Source: Cyanophyceae cyanobacterium
Lineage (GTDB): Bacteria > Cyanobacteriota > Cyanobacteriia > Cyanobacteriales > Laspinemataceae
Length of the DNA stretch: 64,000 nt
NCBI GenBank assembly: GCA_038321985.1
Contig: JBBQFN010000013.1
Location: forward strand, 1-64,000
Reading direction: 5' to 3'
The position numbers and the translations under genes were made by a program. Under the pieces are notes generated by a model, which saw only the letters and a program-made list of their open reading frames with translations, ran no database searches and was not told where the DNA came from. Below are positions 20,944-31,349 of the stretch, piece after piece (within the stretch, counting starts at the first letter, position 1; the number at the start of each line of letters is the position of its first letter).

Positions 20944-21711
20944 TTAACTGGATTGAGAAGCCCGTTCAAACCGGCGGTTTACTTCTTCCCAATTGACGAC
21001 ATTCCACCAACTATTTAAGTATTCCCCACGCTGATTTTGGTACTTGAGGTAATAGGCGTGTTCCCAGACATCATTGCCCATGATTGGATACTGTCCATCC
21101 ATCAGAGGACTATCTTGGTTAGCTGTGCTGGTAATTTCCAGTTGCCCTTGAGCATTGCGAACCAACCAGACCCAACCACTGCCAAATCGGCTGCTTCCTG
21201 CTTCGTTAAATTGAGTTTTAAACGCCTCAAAACTGCCAAAACTTTGATTAATTGCTGCGGCGATCGCCCCGGTAGGTTGTCCGCCCCCATCAGGACTCAT
21301 GATTTCCCAGAACATAGAATGATTGACGTGACCCCCGCCATTATTTCTAACTGCGGTGCGGATGTCTTCCGGAACCTGGTTTAAATTACGCAGTAATGCC
21401 TCAACAGATTGATTTTGAAGAGTGGTATTATTAGCTAATGCCTTATTTAAGTTACTGACGTAGCTGGCATGATGCTTGTCATGATGTAACTCCATCGTCC
21501 GAGCATCAATATGTGGTTCTAAGGCATTATAAGCATAAGGTAAGGGGGGTAATTGAGCTGGAGAAGCACTGATTTCAGTGGGGGGAGTAGTTGTTGTTGC
21601 CGGCGTTTGAGAAAGATTAGGCTGATTCATTCCCTGACAAGCAAGGAGCAAAAAGAATGCCATAAATCCGGCCAAAACTGACCGTAAACGCCCTTTTTTA
21701 GAAATTTTCAT
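20944..21711 (-). CDS. sodA: Manganese superoxide dismutase with an N-terminal lipoprotein/membrane anchor
   Basis: [21 protein letters not shown] (Mn-type), [14 protein letters not shown]; lipobox LLAC; GGAGG RBS. Confidence 0.92.
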   Translation of the reverse strand: MKISKKGRLRSVLAGFMAFFLLLACQGMNQPNLSQTPATTTTPPTEISASPAQLPPLPYAYNALEPHIDARTMELHHDKHHASYVSNLNKALANNTTLQNQSVEALLRNLNQVPEDIRTAVRNNGGGHVNHSMFWEIMSPDGGGQPTGAIAAAINQSFGSFEAFKTQFNEAGSSRFGSGWVWLVRNAQGQLEITSTANQDSPLMDGQYPIMGNDVWEHAYYLKYQNQRGEYLNSWWNVVNWEEVNRRFERASQSS

Positions 21712-21747
21712 AGGGTTTAACCTCCAATGTTTTTATCTGATTTGAAT

Positions 21748-22989
21748 TTAGCGGGTAATGCGAAGAATTTTATCCCGTTCCGAGGGACACCTTCCCCGAC
21801 CATCACAATTGCTTGTGGTTACATAAAGCTCACCATCGGGTCCCATAATAGCCTCTCGGAGTCGTCCGTGTTCATTGCGTAAATAAACTTCATGTTGTTG
21901 CACTTTTTGGGGCGACTGGGGGTCAAAAACAACCCTTTGTAAATGTTTAGACCGCAGAGATGTTACAATTAAATTTCCTTGCCATTCAGGAATCGCACTC
22001 CCGGTGTAAATCGCCGCACCCCCTGGGGGTAATGCCTGTCGCCAGACGATAGAAGGAGTGACTAATCCAGCTTGAGATTCGCAGCGTTCAAGGGTCGGCC
22101 AGCCGAGATTATCTCCGGCTTGAACTACACTCACTTTATCATGTCCTTGTCTACCTAATTCACCACTGGGTCCATGATCGCTAACTTGGAGGGTGGATTC
22201 ATTGACCCAATCAAAACCTTGAGTATTGCGAATTCCCAGAAGATAGACGCGATTACCGGGAAAAGGATTATCTGGGGGGACATCTCCCTCGGGAGTGACG
22301 CGCAGAATTTTGCCCGCGAGACTGTTGACATCTTGGGATAAATTGGGGTCGCGCGCATCGCCAGTGCCGATATACAGCATTCCATCGGGTCCAAAACGAA
22401 TCCGTCCGCCATTGTGGAATTGTGCTACCGGAATATCATCCAAAATTATCCGATCGCGAGTAGCACTTAACCCATTCGGGGTAATTTGCCAGCGTTCGAC
22501 CCGGTTTACTGAGGCGCTATCCGTGTCTGCGGTATAGTAAATATAGAAGAATCGATTACTGGCAAAATTTGGATGTATGGCAATCCCCAAGAGTCCCCCC
22601 TCACCCCTTGCTGTAACCGTGATATTGGCGACTGCTTCGGGCCGTAGTTGACCGTTTTGGACTAATCGCACCCGTCCGGGTCGTTCTGTCACCAGCATAT
22701 CTCCATTGGGCAAAAACCCGATTCCCCAGGGAACATCCAGTCCTGTCACCACCTCTTCTACACGCACATTAACTTGACCTGGGGGACCAAAGCCTTTTTC
22801 CACCAAGATGCAAGCATCCTCGCCATTAGAGGTGGGAATCCCTTGCGCTTGTTGCGCCACTTCCTGGGGGCGGTTCCCCTGGAAAGCCGTCTTATTTTCC
22901 AGCAACGGGCCCTCTAGGACAGCGCAACTTGTCAGCCCGATCAAGCTCACGATGGGTATTATAGTGAGAAGGTGGGTTAAATTGATCAT
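21748..22989 (-). CDS. PQQ-dependent sugar dehydrogenase (glucose/sorbosone dehydrogenase family), lipoprotein
   Basis: GLDVPW, VTERPG, GEGGLLG, HNGGRIRFGPDG, GKILR, GIRN, DHGP; lipobox LTSC. ATG 22989 follows GAGG. Confidence 0.9.
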   Translation of the reverse strand: MINLTHLLTIIPIVSLIGLTSCAVLEGPLLENKTAFQGNRPQEVAQQAQGIPTSNGEDACILVEKGFGPPGQVNVRVEEVVTGLDVPWGIGFLPNGDMLVTERPGRVRLVQNGQLRPEAVANITVTARGEGGLLGIAIHPNFASNRFFYIYYTADTDSASVNRVERWQITPNGLSATRDRIILDDIPVAQFHNGGRIRFGPDGMLYIGTGDARDPNLSQDVNSLAGKILRVTPEGDVPPDNPFPGNRVYLLGIRNTQGFDWVNESTLQVSDHGPSGELGRQGHDKVSVVQAGDNLGWPTLERCESQAGLVTPSIVWRQALPPGGAAIYTGSAIPEWQGNLIVTSLRSKHLQRVVFDPQSPQKVQQHEVYLRNEHGRLREAIMGPDGELYVTTSNCDGRGRCPSERDKILRITR

Positions 22990-23420
22990 GAACTCTAACC
23001 TCAATGATTGGATTCTACCTATTTATTTAAGCGGGTAGATCGACCCTTTATGTAAGAAAGCAAACCTCAAGAACTGCCCGCATTGAGTGATAACGGGTGC
23101 TGCTGTTTTTGGCATACAAACTTCAGGGTATAATAATTGAGTGACAACTGACATCTATCTTGGGGAAGAGTCCCTCCGGGTCCCAGAGGGCAAGAGTTGA
23201 TAGAAAAATCGGTAAGGAAAGGATAATGATGAGGTTCTTAACTAGAGGTAACTTCAATAATTTATCCCCCGGTTTTTGGCCCGATCGCCTGAGAAAAGTC
23301 TCTATAAATATCAGGGAAATCAGAGAAATACCGGCTCTTTTATCAGGGAAGTGCCACCTACCCGGGATTAAAGTAGGGGTTTTGTAATTATAAATAAAAA
23401 GAGGGAGGAGTAGGCAAATT

Positions 23421-26063
23421 ATGAGGAGTTCGAGCCATTATTATTTATCCATTTTTAGCCTAATTAGTTGCTTCCTATTTAGTGAGGGAGGGATGGGGCA
23501 GAACTCCCTCATGGCGCAAGTCTTACCGGATAATACCCTGCCGATTCCTTCGGTTGTTCAGAGTAAGGGCAATTCTCTCACGATTGAAGGGGGAACGGCT
23601 GCCGGTAGCAACTTGTTCCATAGTTTTGAGGAATTTTCTATCCCCACGGGAACTGCTGCGATATTTAACAATTCTGTGGCGATCGCTAATATTATTACTC
23701 GGATCACTGGGGGCAAACTTTCTGAAATTGATGGGGCGATCTCGGCTAATGGTCCTGCAAATTTATTTATAATTAACCCCAATGGTATCGCCTTCGGACC
23801 CAATGCGACGCTCAACCTGGGCGGTTCTTTCCTTGCGAGTACCGCTAACAGTATTCAGTTTCCAGGCGATCGCCACTTTAGTGCAACGGATCCCGCCTCA
23901 TCGCTAATTTTGAGCGTGAATGTCCCGATTGGGTTACAATATGGGCCAAATCCCGGAAGTATTGTTGTGCGAGATTCCCTCCTCACTATAGCGCCGAATC
24001 AAACTTTAACCTTGGTGGGCGGTACTCTTACGATTGAGGGAGGACAATTACGGGTACCCGGTGGGCGGGTGGAGTTGGGGGGATTATCGGAAGCAGGAGT
24101 TGTGGAATTACAGGGGAATTCTTCCCTGAAAATTCCCCCAACTGTGGCGCGATCGCCCTTGACTCTCACTGATGGGGCGCGAGTCGATGTGGCAGGCGCA
24201 GGAGGGGGAAATATCTCGATTCAGGTAGAAAATCTCCTGATTTCTGGTCAATCTGAGATTCGAGGCGGTATCGGGCAAGGATTGGGGGAACCCGGGGTAC
24301 AAGCTGGAGATATCGAAATTAATACGACGGGAAAAATTGTTCTAAGTGGAGAGAGTGCGATCGCCAATGAAGTCCAACCCACTGGCATCGGCAATGGCGG
24401 CAAGATTACCCTGAATACCAGCACGTTTTCCGCCACGGAGTCGGTAATTTCCACTCGCACATCTGGACAAGGGGATGGCGGCAAACTTCAAATTACCGCT
24501 AGTGAGTCCGTGATATTTGATGGACGGGGGAGAGAAGATTTCGTGACGATCGCCTCGGCTGATGTGGGGGAGGAAGGGGTAGGAAATGCTGGGGGTATGG
24601 AGATTCAAGGGCGTTCTGTGTTAGTCAAAGATGGGGCGCGAATCGCCACGGGAACGGGTGGCAGGGGGAATGGCGCACCCCTCGTCATCCGGGCAGTCGA
24701 GTCGGTGGTTTTTGATGGATTGAATGCCAACAACGATGTCTTAAGTCCGACTGGGGGTGAGAGTACGGTAGACCCTGGAGGGATGGGAAATGCCGGAAGT
24801 TTAGAGATTCAGACGGCTGTCTTACGCATTCTGAATGGGGCCAATGTAGGCAGTACCACGTTTGAGGCGGGGAATGGAGGTCCTGTACTTTTGCAGGCAA
24901 GGGAAGAGATGGAATTTGGCGGGACTGATCGCGTGGGAAATCCGGTCATTGTTTTTAGTGATACTTTAGCACAGGGGAATGGGGATAATTTAAGGATTGA
25001 AACACCGAGGTTGATTTTGCGAGATGGGGCGCAGATTAGTGTTGGTACGTTTGGGGCGGGGGATGGCGGAAATTTGGAGATTCTGGCGACAGAGGCTATT
25101 ATACTATCGGGTTCAGTTCCGGCAATTGAAGGCGGATTTTTCTTTTTCGATGCGTCGGGAACCCTTTTCCCCACAGGAATTTTTGCCGCTTCCACAGAAA
25201 CGGGAAATGCAGGGACAATGCGATTGGAGACGGGACAGTTAATCCTGCGCGATCGCGCCACGATTTCTGCCAGTGGTGAGAATGTGGGGGTAGCAGGGAA
25301 CATTGAAATAGTGGCGGGGCAAATCTTGGTAGAAAATGCGGCGATCGCAGCGGAAACCCTCCAAGGCGATCGGGCAAACATTTTTATTGAATCGAGGGAT
25401 ATTCGCTTACGTCATCAGGGGGAAATTACCAGCAATGCCCGGGGAAGTGGGACGGGAGGGAATATTGCGATCGCCACCGATACCTTAGTTGCCCTAGAAA
25501 ATAGCGATATTACCGCCAATTCCAGCGCTAGTTTTGGGGGTCGAGTTGCCATCTCTGCCCTGGGGATATTGGGAACTAACTTTCGCACCGAAGTCACTCC
25601 CCAAAGTGATATTACAGCTACCTCAGAACTCGGGGCTGAATTTAGCGGCAGTGTCACTATTAATACCCCCGATATCAATCCCTCTACCGGATTGGTGGAA
25701 TTACCCGAAATGCTCAATCAAGCCAGCGATCGCTACTTTGTAGGCTGTGCTTTATCCGAGGGCAATTCCTTTACTCTTTCCGGACGAGGGGGGTTACCCG
25801 CAGACCCTACTCAACCCCTACAAACCCAACCCGTTTGGCACGATTTGCGCGACTTTTTTCAAGACTTAAATGCGGAAAATATCACCCTCACTCCCCCCGG
25901 CAGTCAGACTCCCCGTTTGCCAAAAAATCAATCTCCTCGACTCAAAGAAGCGACAGGTTGGCAATATCATGCTAATGGAACTATCGAGTTAATTGCTGCC
26001 ATACCCGAGGGTAATATTTCTTTCTCCGGTTTGCGATCGTATCCCTGTCAGACTCTGGAATAA
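23421..26063 (+). CDS. Filamentous haemagglutinin N-terminal (TPS) domain exoprotein
   Basis: NLFHSFEEF, NIITRITGG, NLFIINPNGI; Gly-rich beta-helix repeats; C-terminal GRGGLP and EATGW motifs. Confidence 0.92.
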   Translation: MRSSSHYYLSIFSLISCFLFSEGGMGQNSLMAQVLPDNTLPIPSVVQSKGNSLTIEGGTAAGSNLFHSFEEFSIPTGTAAIFNNSVAIANIITRITGGKLSEIDGAISANGPANLFIINPNGIAFGPNATLNLGGSFLASTANSIQFPGDRHFSATDPASSLILSVNVPIGLQYGPNPGSIVVRDSLLTIAPNQTLTLVGGTLTIEGGQLRVPGGRVELGGLSEAGVVELQGNSSLKIPPTVARSPLTLTDGARVDVAGAGGGNISIQVENLLISGQSEIRGGIGQGLGEPGVQAGDIEINTTGKIVLSGESAIANEVQPTGIGNGGKITLNTSTFSATESVISTRTSGQGDGGKLQITASESVIFDGRGREDFVTIASADVGEEGVGNAGGMEIQGRSVLVKDGARIATGTGGRGNGAPLVIRAVESVVFDGLNANNDVLSPTGGESTVDPGGMGNAGSLEIQTAVLRILNGANVGSTTFEAGNGGPVLLQAREEMEFGGTDRVGNPVIVFSDTLAQGNGDNLRIETPRLILRDGAQISVGTFGAGDGGNLEILATEAIILSGSVPAIEGGFFFFDASGTLFPTGIFAASTETGNAGTMRLETGQLILRDRATISASGENVGVAGNIEIVAGQILVENAAIAAETLQGDRANIFIESRDIRLRHQGEITSNARGSGTGGNIAIATDTLVALENSDITANSSASFGGRVAISALGILGTNFRTEVTPQSDITATSELGAEFSGSVTINTPDINPSTGLVELPEMLNQASDRYFVGCALSEGNSFTLSGRGGLPADPTQPLQTQPVWHDLRDFFQDLNAENITLTPPGSQTPRLPKNQSPRLKEATGWQYHANGTIELIAAIPEGNISFSGLRSYPCQTLE

Positions 26064-26287
26064 TAGAGGACTGGTATTTTTTATTAGTCTTGACTGTTAG
26101 AGCCTCCCTCGATTATAATTTAGTGTTTTCCCCAGTTAGGAGGTATATTTTGGAGTGCGATCGCTTGACTCGTGCCTACTTGCTTTGCATCTTGCTCGTT
26201 GGGTATAATAGCGAGCGAAATGCTCCCACTAAATAGCTGTCCTCTAGGAGTCCAGGAACCTCTATACCCCTACTTAACGGTGAGCCT

Positions 26288-26764
26288 ATGCTTCCTTACC
26301 AACGCTTTACAATTACTACTTTGTTTAGTCCCGAGGATGTCTGCAAAAAGTTAACAGAAATAGTGGAACCCCCCCAACCTTTGCGGTTAGGGAGGAAAAA
26401 GTCCGAGAAACTTTACCAGGGGCAAATCGGGGAACACTCTTTCCAGATTTCCCGAATTATCCACTACCGCAATTCTTTTTTACCCATAATTGAGGGCCGG
26501 ATTCAACCCCAACGTAGAGGCAGCCAAATTGAAATTCAAATGAAACTAAATCCAGTTGTGCTGATTTTTATGTTGGCGTGGCTAGCTATAGTGGGACAAG
26601 CTGCCTTACTGTTTTTAGTTGTCCTGTTTCAGGAGGAATTTGACCCAATGTTTTTAATTCCTGTAGGAATGTTCGTTTACGGCTTGATATTACCTTTGAT
26701 TGGGTTTTTTCCGGAAGCTCAGAAGTCTAAAAAGTTTTTAATAGAATTTTTTCAAGGGTTCTAA
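26288..26764 (+). CDS. Hypothetical membrane protein
   Basis: YRNSFLP motif and two C-terminal TM helices. Confidence 0.8.
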   Translation: MLPYQRFTITTLFSPEDVCKKLTEIVEPPQPLRLGRKKSEKLYQGQIGEHSFQISRIIHYRNSFLPIIEGRIQPQRRGSQIEIQMKLNPVVLIFMLAWLAIVGQAALLFLVVLFQEEFDPMFLIPVGMFVYGLILPLIGFFPEAQKSKKFLIEFFQGF

Positions 26765-26889
26765 ATTAAATTTTTATAAGCAAAAAACGAAAATTTGTGC
26801 TTTTATATTTAGTTTTAATAAATATAAAAACCCAGTTTTTTTAAGTATTTTCTGTATTGTTTATATCAGTTTGAGTTAAAAATTTAAGT

Positions 26890-27807
26890 ATGAGTATTAT
26901 TGTGTTTGGTAGTATCAATCTTGATTTAGTTACCCGAACCCACCGACTGCCCAAACCGGGTGAAACAGTGGCGGGAATCAGCTTTTTTACTGCATCAGGT
27001 GGTAAGGGCGCAAATCAAGCGGTTGCTGCTGCCCGATTGGGGGTTTCAACCCATCTGATCGGGCGGGTGGGTGGCGATACTTTTGGGCAAGAACTTCTGA
27101 GCAGTTTGCAAGCATCTGGGGTCAAGTGCGATCGCATCTCAATCGATGAAACAACGTCTTCGGGAATTGCCACGATCGCAGTAGAAGATACCGGGGAAAA
27201 TACCATTGTGATTGTCCCGGGGGCAAACAGTCGGATTAACGAGTCAGACTGCGATCGCTTCACGGATTTATTACCGGATGCCGCTGCTTTATTATTACAA
27301 TTAGAAATTCCCTTACCAGCAGTCATCGTGGCGGCAAAAAAAGCTCGCGAGGCAGGGGTTCCCGTAATTCTAGATCCAGCCCCGGCGCGAGAATTGCCCC
27401 CGGAATTGTATTCCCTGATTGATATAATTACGCCCAATGAAACTGAACTGAGTATCCTCACAGGTATTCCGGTTAGGGATATAGAAAGTGCGACTGAAGC
27501 GGTAACCGAATTACAAAGACGAGGAGTCCCGACAGCGATCGCCAAGTTAGGGTCAAAAGGGGTGCTTTGTGCCAGTGGAGAAACTCAATTTTTTCTCCCG
27601 GCATTTGAGGTGGAGACGGTGGATACCGTAGCGGCTGGGGATGCCTTTAATGGGGCATTGGCAGTGGCGATCGCCCAGGGATTACCCTTGCCAGAAGCTG
27701 TGAGATGGGGGGCCGCAGCCGGTGCCCTGGCGGTGACGAAACCCGGTGCTCAATCTGCTTTACCCAGTCGCTTTACTTTCGATAATTTTCTGCAAAAACA
27801 GGAGTAA
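26890..27807 (+). CDS. rbsK: Ribokinase
   Basis: GSINLDL, GGKGANQA, LQLEIP, PNETE, DTVAAGDAF. Confidence 0.95.
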   Translation: MSIIVFGSINLDLVTRTHRLPKPGETVAGISFFTASGGKGANQAVAAARLGVSTHLIGRVGGDTFGQELLSSLQASGVKCDRISIDETTSSGIATIAVEDTGENTIVIVPGANSRINESDCDRFTDLLPDAAALLLQLEIPLPAVIVAAKKAREAGVPVILDPAPARELPPELYSLIDIITPNETELSILTGIPVRDIESATEAVTELQRRGVPTAIAKLGSKGVLCASGETQFFLPAFEVETVDTVAAGDAFNGALAVAIAQGLPLPEAVRWGAAAGALAVTKPGAQSALPSRFTFDNFLQKQE

Positions 27808-27939
27808 TACCGAATCCGGTAGTTATTAGGTCTGTTAACAGGAGAATAACTGAGTGGACCCCACCCTAACCCTCCCCTTGCCAAGGGGAGGGAACCATCG
27901 GATGAAATTAAAACGACTTTTAATACCCGGATTTGGTAT
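27807..27939. mobile_element. MITE/REP-like element, about 133 bp
   Basis: Terminal inverted repeats ATACCGAATCCGG / CCGGATTTGGTAT (12 of 13 match) enclose the hairpin CCCTCCCCTTG-C-CAAGGGGAGGG (27870-27892). Confidence 0.65.
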
Positions 27940-27943
27940 AAAT

Positions 27944-28639
27944 TCAACGCTTAAAGGGTTGAATTATGGATTTATTGGCGGCGATCGCAGCAATGCCATA
28001 AACCTTGATACCCTGTTGCGATAGGGTTTTTATGGCTTCTTTGCAGGTTGCACCTGTAGTATAAATGTCATCGAGCAATAAAACCCCCTGTTTGGGTTGA
28101 TGGTGACGAAACCCAGTCCCCAAATTCAGAGAATTCGCAAGAGTTTTGGCTCGCTGAGCAGAGGTTAATTGATATAATGCCTCTGTATCTCGTACTCGTT
28201 CTAAACCCCGAGGTTCTAAACGATATCCCGTCAGTTCGCAAAAACTTTTTGCCAGTAATTCGGCTTGGTTATACCCCCGTTTCTGTTGTTTGGCAGGGTG
28301 CATGGGAATCGGAACCACCGTGAGTCCCGAGGCTGTTGCCAAGGGAGAATTTAACCAAGATTCGGCCAGATAGTACCCTAGGGGTTGGGCAAGTTCGGGG
28401 CAGTTTTCATATTTCATAACAGCGATCGCCCGTTTCAAGATGGCTTTATACTGACCCCAAATCAAAACGGGCGGGGTTTCCTTTAATAACGGTTGGATTT
28501 GAGAGAATTTTTCGCGTTGAAGCTGGCGATCGCACCCCTGACATAACAAAGGTTTTCCCGGGCGATCGCACAGCGGACATTGGGGTTTTAGAAACAAATT
28601 AAGCAACCCTTTAACCATTGCCGACCCATTTTTGATCAT
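27944..28639 (-). CDS. comF: ComF family phosphoribosyltransferase-like competence protein
   Basis: CPLC...CQGC zinc motif, VPIPMH, RGYNQAELLA, LLDDIYTTGAT. Confidence 0.92.
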   Translation of the reverse strand: MIKNGSAMVKGLLNLFLKPQCPLCDRPGKPLLCQGCDRQLQREKFSQIQPLLKETPPVLIWGQYKAILKRAIAVMKYENCPELAQPLGYYLAESWLNSPLATASGLTVVPIPMHPAKQQKRGYNQAELLAKSFCELTGYRLEPRGLERVRDTEALYQLTSAQRAKTLANSLNLGTGFRHHQPKQGVLLLDDIYTTGATCKEAIKTLSQQGIKVYGIAAIAANKSIIQPFKR

Positions 28640-28874
28640 GTCCTAACCTCCCTTTCTTGTTCAAAAAACTGAGTTCCTTGCCCTTTTAATCCTAAACCTC
28701 CTGGGGTACTGGAAGAAAAAACCGATAGCGGGTTCGCCTAGGGTTCCCTTTAGAAAGGATGCAGCTACGGTCCCCAATGGCAGGAGCTCCTCCTGTTTTA
28801 AGTCGAGGAGGTTTTATTTAATCCCCGCAAAAGGGAGCCACCCAGACTATGATAGAGGATGTCCGAATGCTTGC

Positions 28875-31343
28875 ATGACTGTGGATCACCTCTACTGGCT
28901 CGACCAAATTCAACCCTCACAACGTTATTTAGTCGGGGACAACGCCTTTTATTTGAGTCAGCTAGGGCAACAGGGCTATCCTGTAGTGCCAGGATTTGTC
29001 TTAGGGGCACCGGCGTTGCGAGAATTTTTAGAAACTTATCCTTGGGAAGAACCCCTGTTTGCCGAACTGCTGAGTTCTTCGGTACACCTGAATGTGGACG
29101 ATACCCGACAGCTAAAGGCGATCGCCCAACATATTCGAGAAGAAATGATGGCTGCGGAGTTACCCCGACGCTGGATCGATGAATTGGCACTCGCCGCTGA
29201 AAAACTCGATTCACGAGGGCTAATCCTCTCCCCTTGCGTGACCCTCCCACCCAGTGCCACTCCCCCAGTCAACTATTCGGGGCTAATCGAAAGTTACGTT
29301 TGCCTGTGCGATCGCGAGGAAATTGCCCTAGGAGTGTTGCAAACCTGGGCGGAGTTATTTAGGGCGCGCAGTTTATTGTACTGGCAGCGATCGCAGATTG
29401 AACTCCGTGCGCTGAATCTGGCGGTTTTGGTGCAACCCTTACAAGGGGCGATTACTTCTGGAACCCTAACCTACACAAACGCCCATTGTGAAATTCAAGC
29501 TACCTGGGGATTAGCCCTGTCGATTAAACTGGGACAGGCGATTCCAGATTGTTATCAAATTCAGCCAGAAACTGGGGATGCGATCGCCCAAATTCTGGGC
29601 CAGAAACATCTGGGTTATAATTTAGCCTTTGATAGTGCCGAAACCTTTTTGGTGTCTCCAGAAACCAGCCTGCTGAGTCCCTACAGTTGTCTGCAACCCT
29701 ATTTTATCAGCGAAAAACAACAACAGGAATTTTCCCTCACCCCCCCAAATCTCGAACAACTCGTCGCGATCGCCCGAGATCTAGGCAGTTACTTAGGGCG
29801 TAATTTCATCTTAGACTGGACCCTCGCCAAAGCAACCCCACAATCCCCGGAGCAAATTTATATAACCGGGGTGGATATCGGAAACTTACTCCCGTCTAAA
29901 GAAGTCCTGCCGCCCATAAACCGCCCTGCTTCTGGAAAATCCTCCCCGATCACCGCAAGCGAAGGGGAAGCGATACCTAATTTCATCCTCGGAACAGGGG
30001 CCGCCAAAGGACTTGCAGTTGGATTTGCCTATTCCATCACTTACAGTAGCGAAGTGTTAGAACAGATTCCCCCGGGACGGATCTTGATTGCTCCAGAAAT
30101 AGCCCCTCATTGGCTTCATATCGTCAAACAAGCAGCAGCGATCGTCACCGAATATGGAGGAATGACCAGTCATGCGGCCATTCTTGCCCGAGAATTTGGC
30201 ATTCCCGCCGTAGTGGGGGCTGCTGGTGTCATCCAAGCGATCGCCACTGCCACCGAAATTTGTGTCAATGGCGACACCGGCGAAATCTTTGTAATCAACC
30301 CGGGAACGGTCCTCCCCAGTGGGGAGAAATCGCCCCAACCCCTTTCCTCTCCGGTTTCAGTACCGCCTATTATGCTTCCCCCAGATCCCGCCAACTCGGC
30401 AACTCCTCCCTTATTTGCGCCTTTCCCGATCGCAACTCAGTTGTTTGTTAATCTGTCCCATCCGAGTTCTTTAGACCGAATTGCCGACTCCTTTTTAGAT
30501 GGAGTCGGTTTATTGCGCTCAGAAATGATGGCCCTGGAAATTTTCCAATCGGAAGACCCCTATCAATGGTGCGATCGCCACAAGAGCCCGGAATTTATCG
30601 AACGGATTTCGGCTTCTTTAAAGCGCGTCGCCGAATTTTTCTTTCCCCGACCTGTATTTTATCGCTCCTTAGATTTGCGCGGGTACGATCTACCGAGAAG
30701 GCGATCGCCCGGACATCCCTCTAGCAGCGCCCAAACCTTGGGCGTGCATGGCGCATTTAGCTATCTTATCGATCCGTCATTATTTGATTTAGAACTCGAA
30801 GCATTAGCCCAACTACAACAGGAGGGGTGCACCAACCTCCGGTTAATGATTCCCTTTGTGCGAACCGTCGAAGAATTTATATTTTGCCGCAACCGGGTGC
30901 AACAAGTCGGACTTGATCGCGTCCCGGGTTTCCAGCTGTGGATCATGGCCGAAGTGCCTTCAGCCTTATTTTTGATTCCGGATTATGTGCAAGCGGGGGT
31001 ACAGGGAATATCCATCGGCACCAATGATTTAACCCAATTAATCCTCGCCGCAGACCGGGAAAATCAGCAAATGTCAGCGGTTTTTGACCCCCGTCACCCC
31101 GCAGTGATGAGCGCTATTCATCAATTGATTCAAATGGCAAAAGCAGCCGGAATTCCTTGTGCAATTTGTGGAGGCGCGCCCACTCACTATCCGGAAACCA
31201 TTGATACCCTGGTGCGATGGGGAATTGATGGAATTTCCGTTGAACCCGAGGCGATCGCCCGTACCCATCAGGCGATCGCCCGGGCCGAACAGCGCCTCTT
31301 GCTAGAAATAGCTCGTCGTCAACCCGGCAACTCTCCCTTCTAA
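28875..31343 (+). CDS. PEP synthase/pyruvate-phosphate-dikinase-like protein (putative PEP-binding protein) with a degenerate N-terminal domain
   Basis: Mobile His domain GGMTSHAAI; PEP-binding barrel GVGLLRSE, MIPFVR, MAEVPS, SIGTNDLTQ, ICG. N-terminal ATP-grasp motifs are eroded. Confidence 0.88.
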   Translation: MTVDHLYWLDQIQPSQRYLVGDNAFYLSQLGQQGYPVVPGFVLGAPALREFLETYPWEEPLFAELLSSSVHLNVDDTRQLKAIAQHIREEMMAAELPRRWIDELALAAEKLDSRGLILSPCVTLPPSATPPVNYSGLIESYVCLCDREEIALGVLQTWAELFRARSLLYWQRSQIELRALNLAVLVQPLQGAITSGTLTYTNAHCEIQATWGLALSIKLGQAIPDCYQIQPETGDAIAQILGQKHLGYNLAFDSAETFLVSPETSLLSPYSCLQPYFISEKQQQEFSLTPPNLEQLVAIARDLGSYLGRNFILDWTLAKATPQSPEQIYITGVDIGNLLPSKEVLPPINRPASGKSSPITASEGEAIPNFILGTGAAKGLAVGFAYSITYSSEVLEQIPPGRILIAPEIAPHWLHIVKQAAAIVTEYGGMTSHAAILAREFGIPAVVGAAGVIQAIATATEICVNGDTGEIFVINPGTVLPSGEKSPQPLSSPVSVPPIMLPPDPANSATPPLFAPFPIATQLFVNLSHPSSLDRIADSFLDGVGLLRSEMMALEIFQSEDPYQWCDRHKSPEFIERISASLKRVAEFFFPRPVFYRSLDLRGYDLPRRRSPGHPSSSAQTLGVHGAFSYLIDPSLFDLELEALAQLQQEGCTNLRLMIPFVRTVEEFIFCRNRVQQVGLDRVPGFQLWIMAEVPSALFLIPDYVQAGVQGISIGTNDLTQLILAADRENQQMSAVFDPRHPAVMSAIHQLIQMAKAAGIPCAICGGAPTHYPETIDTLVRWGIDGISVEPEAIARTHQAIARAEQRLLLEIARRQPGNSPF

Positions 31344-31349
31344 CCCTAA

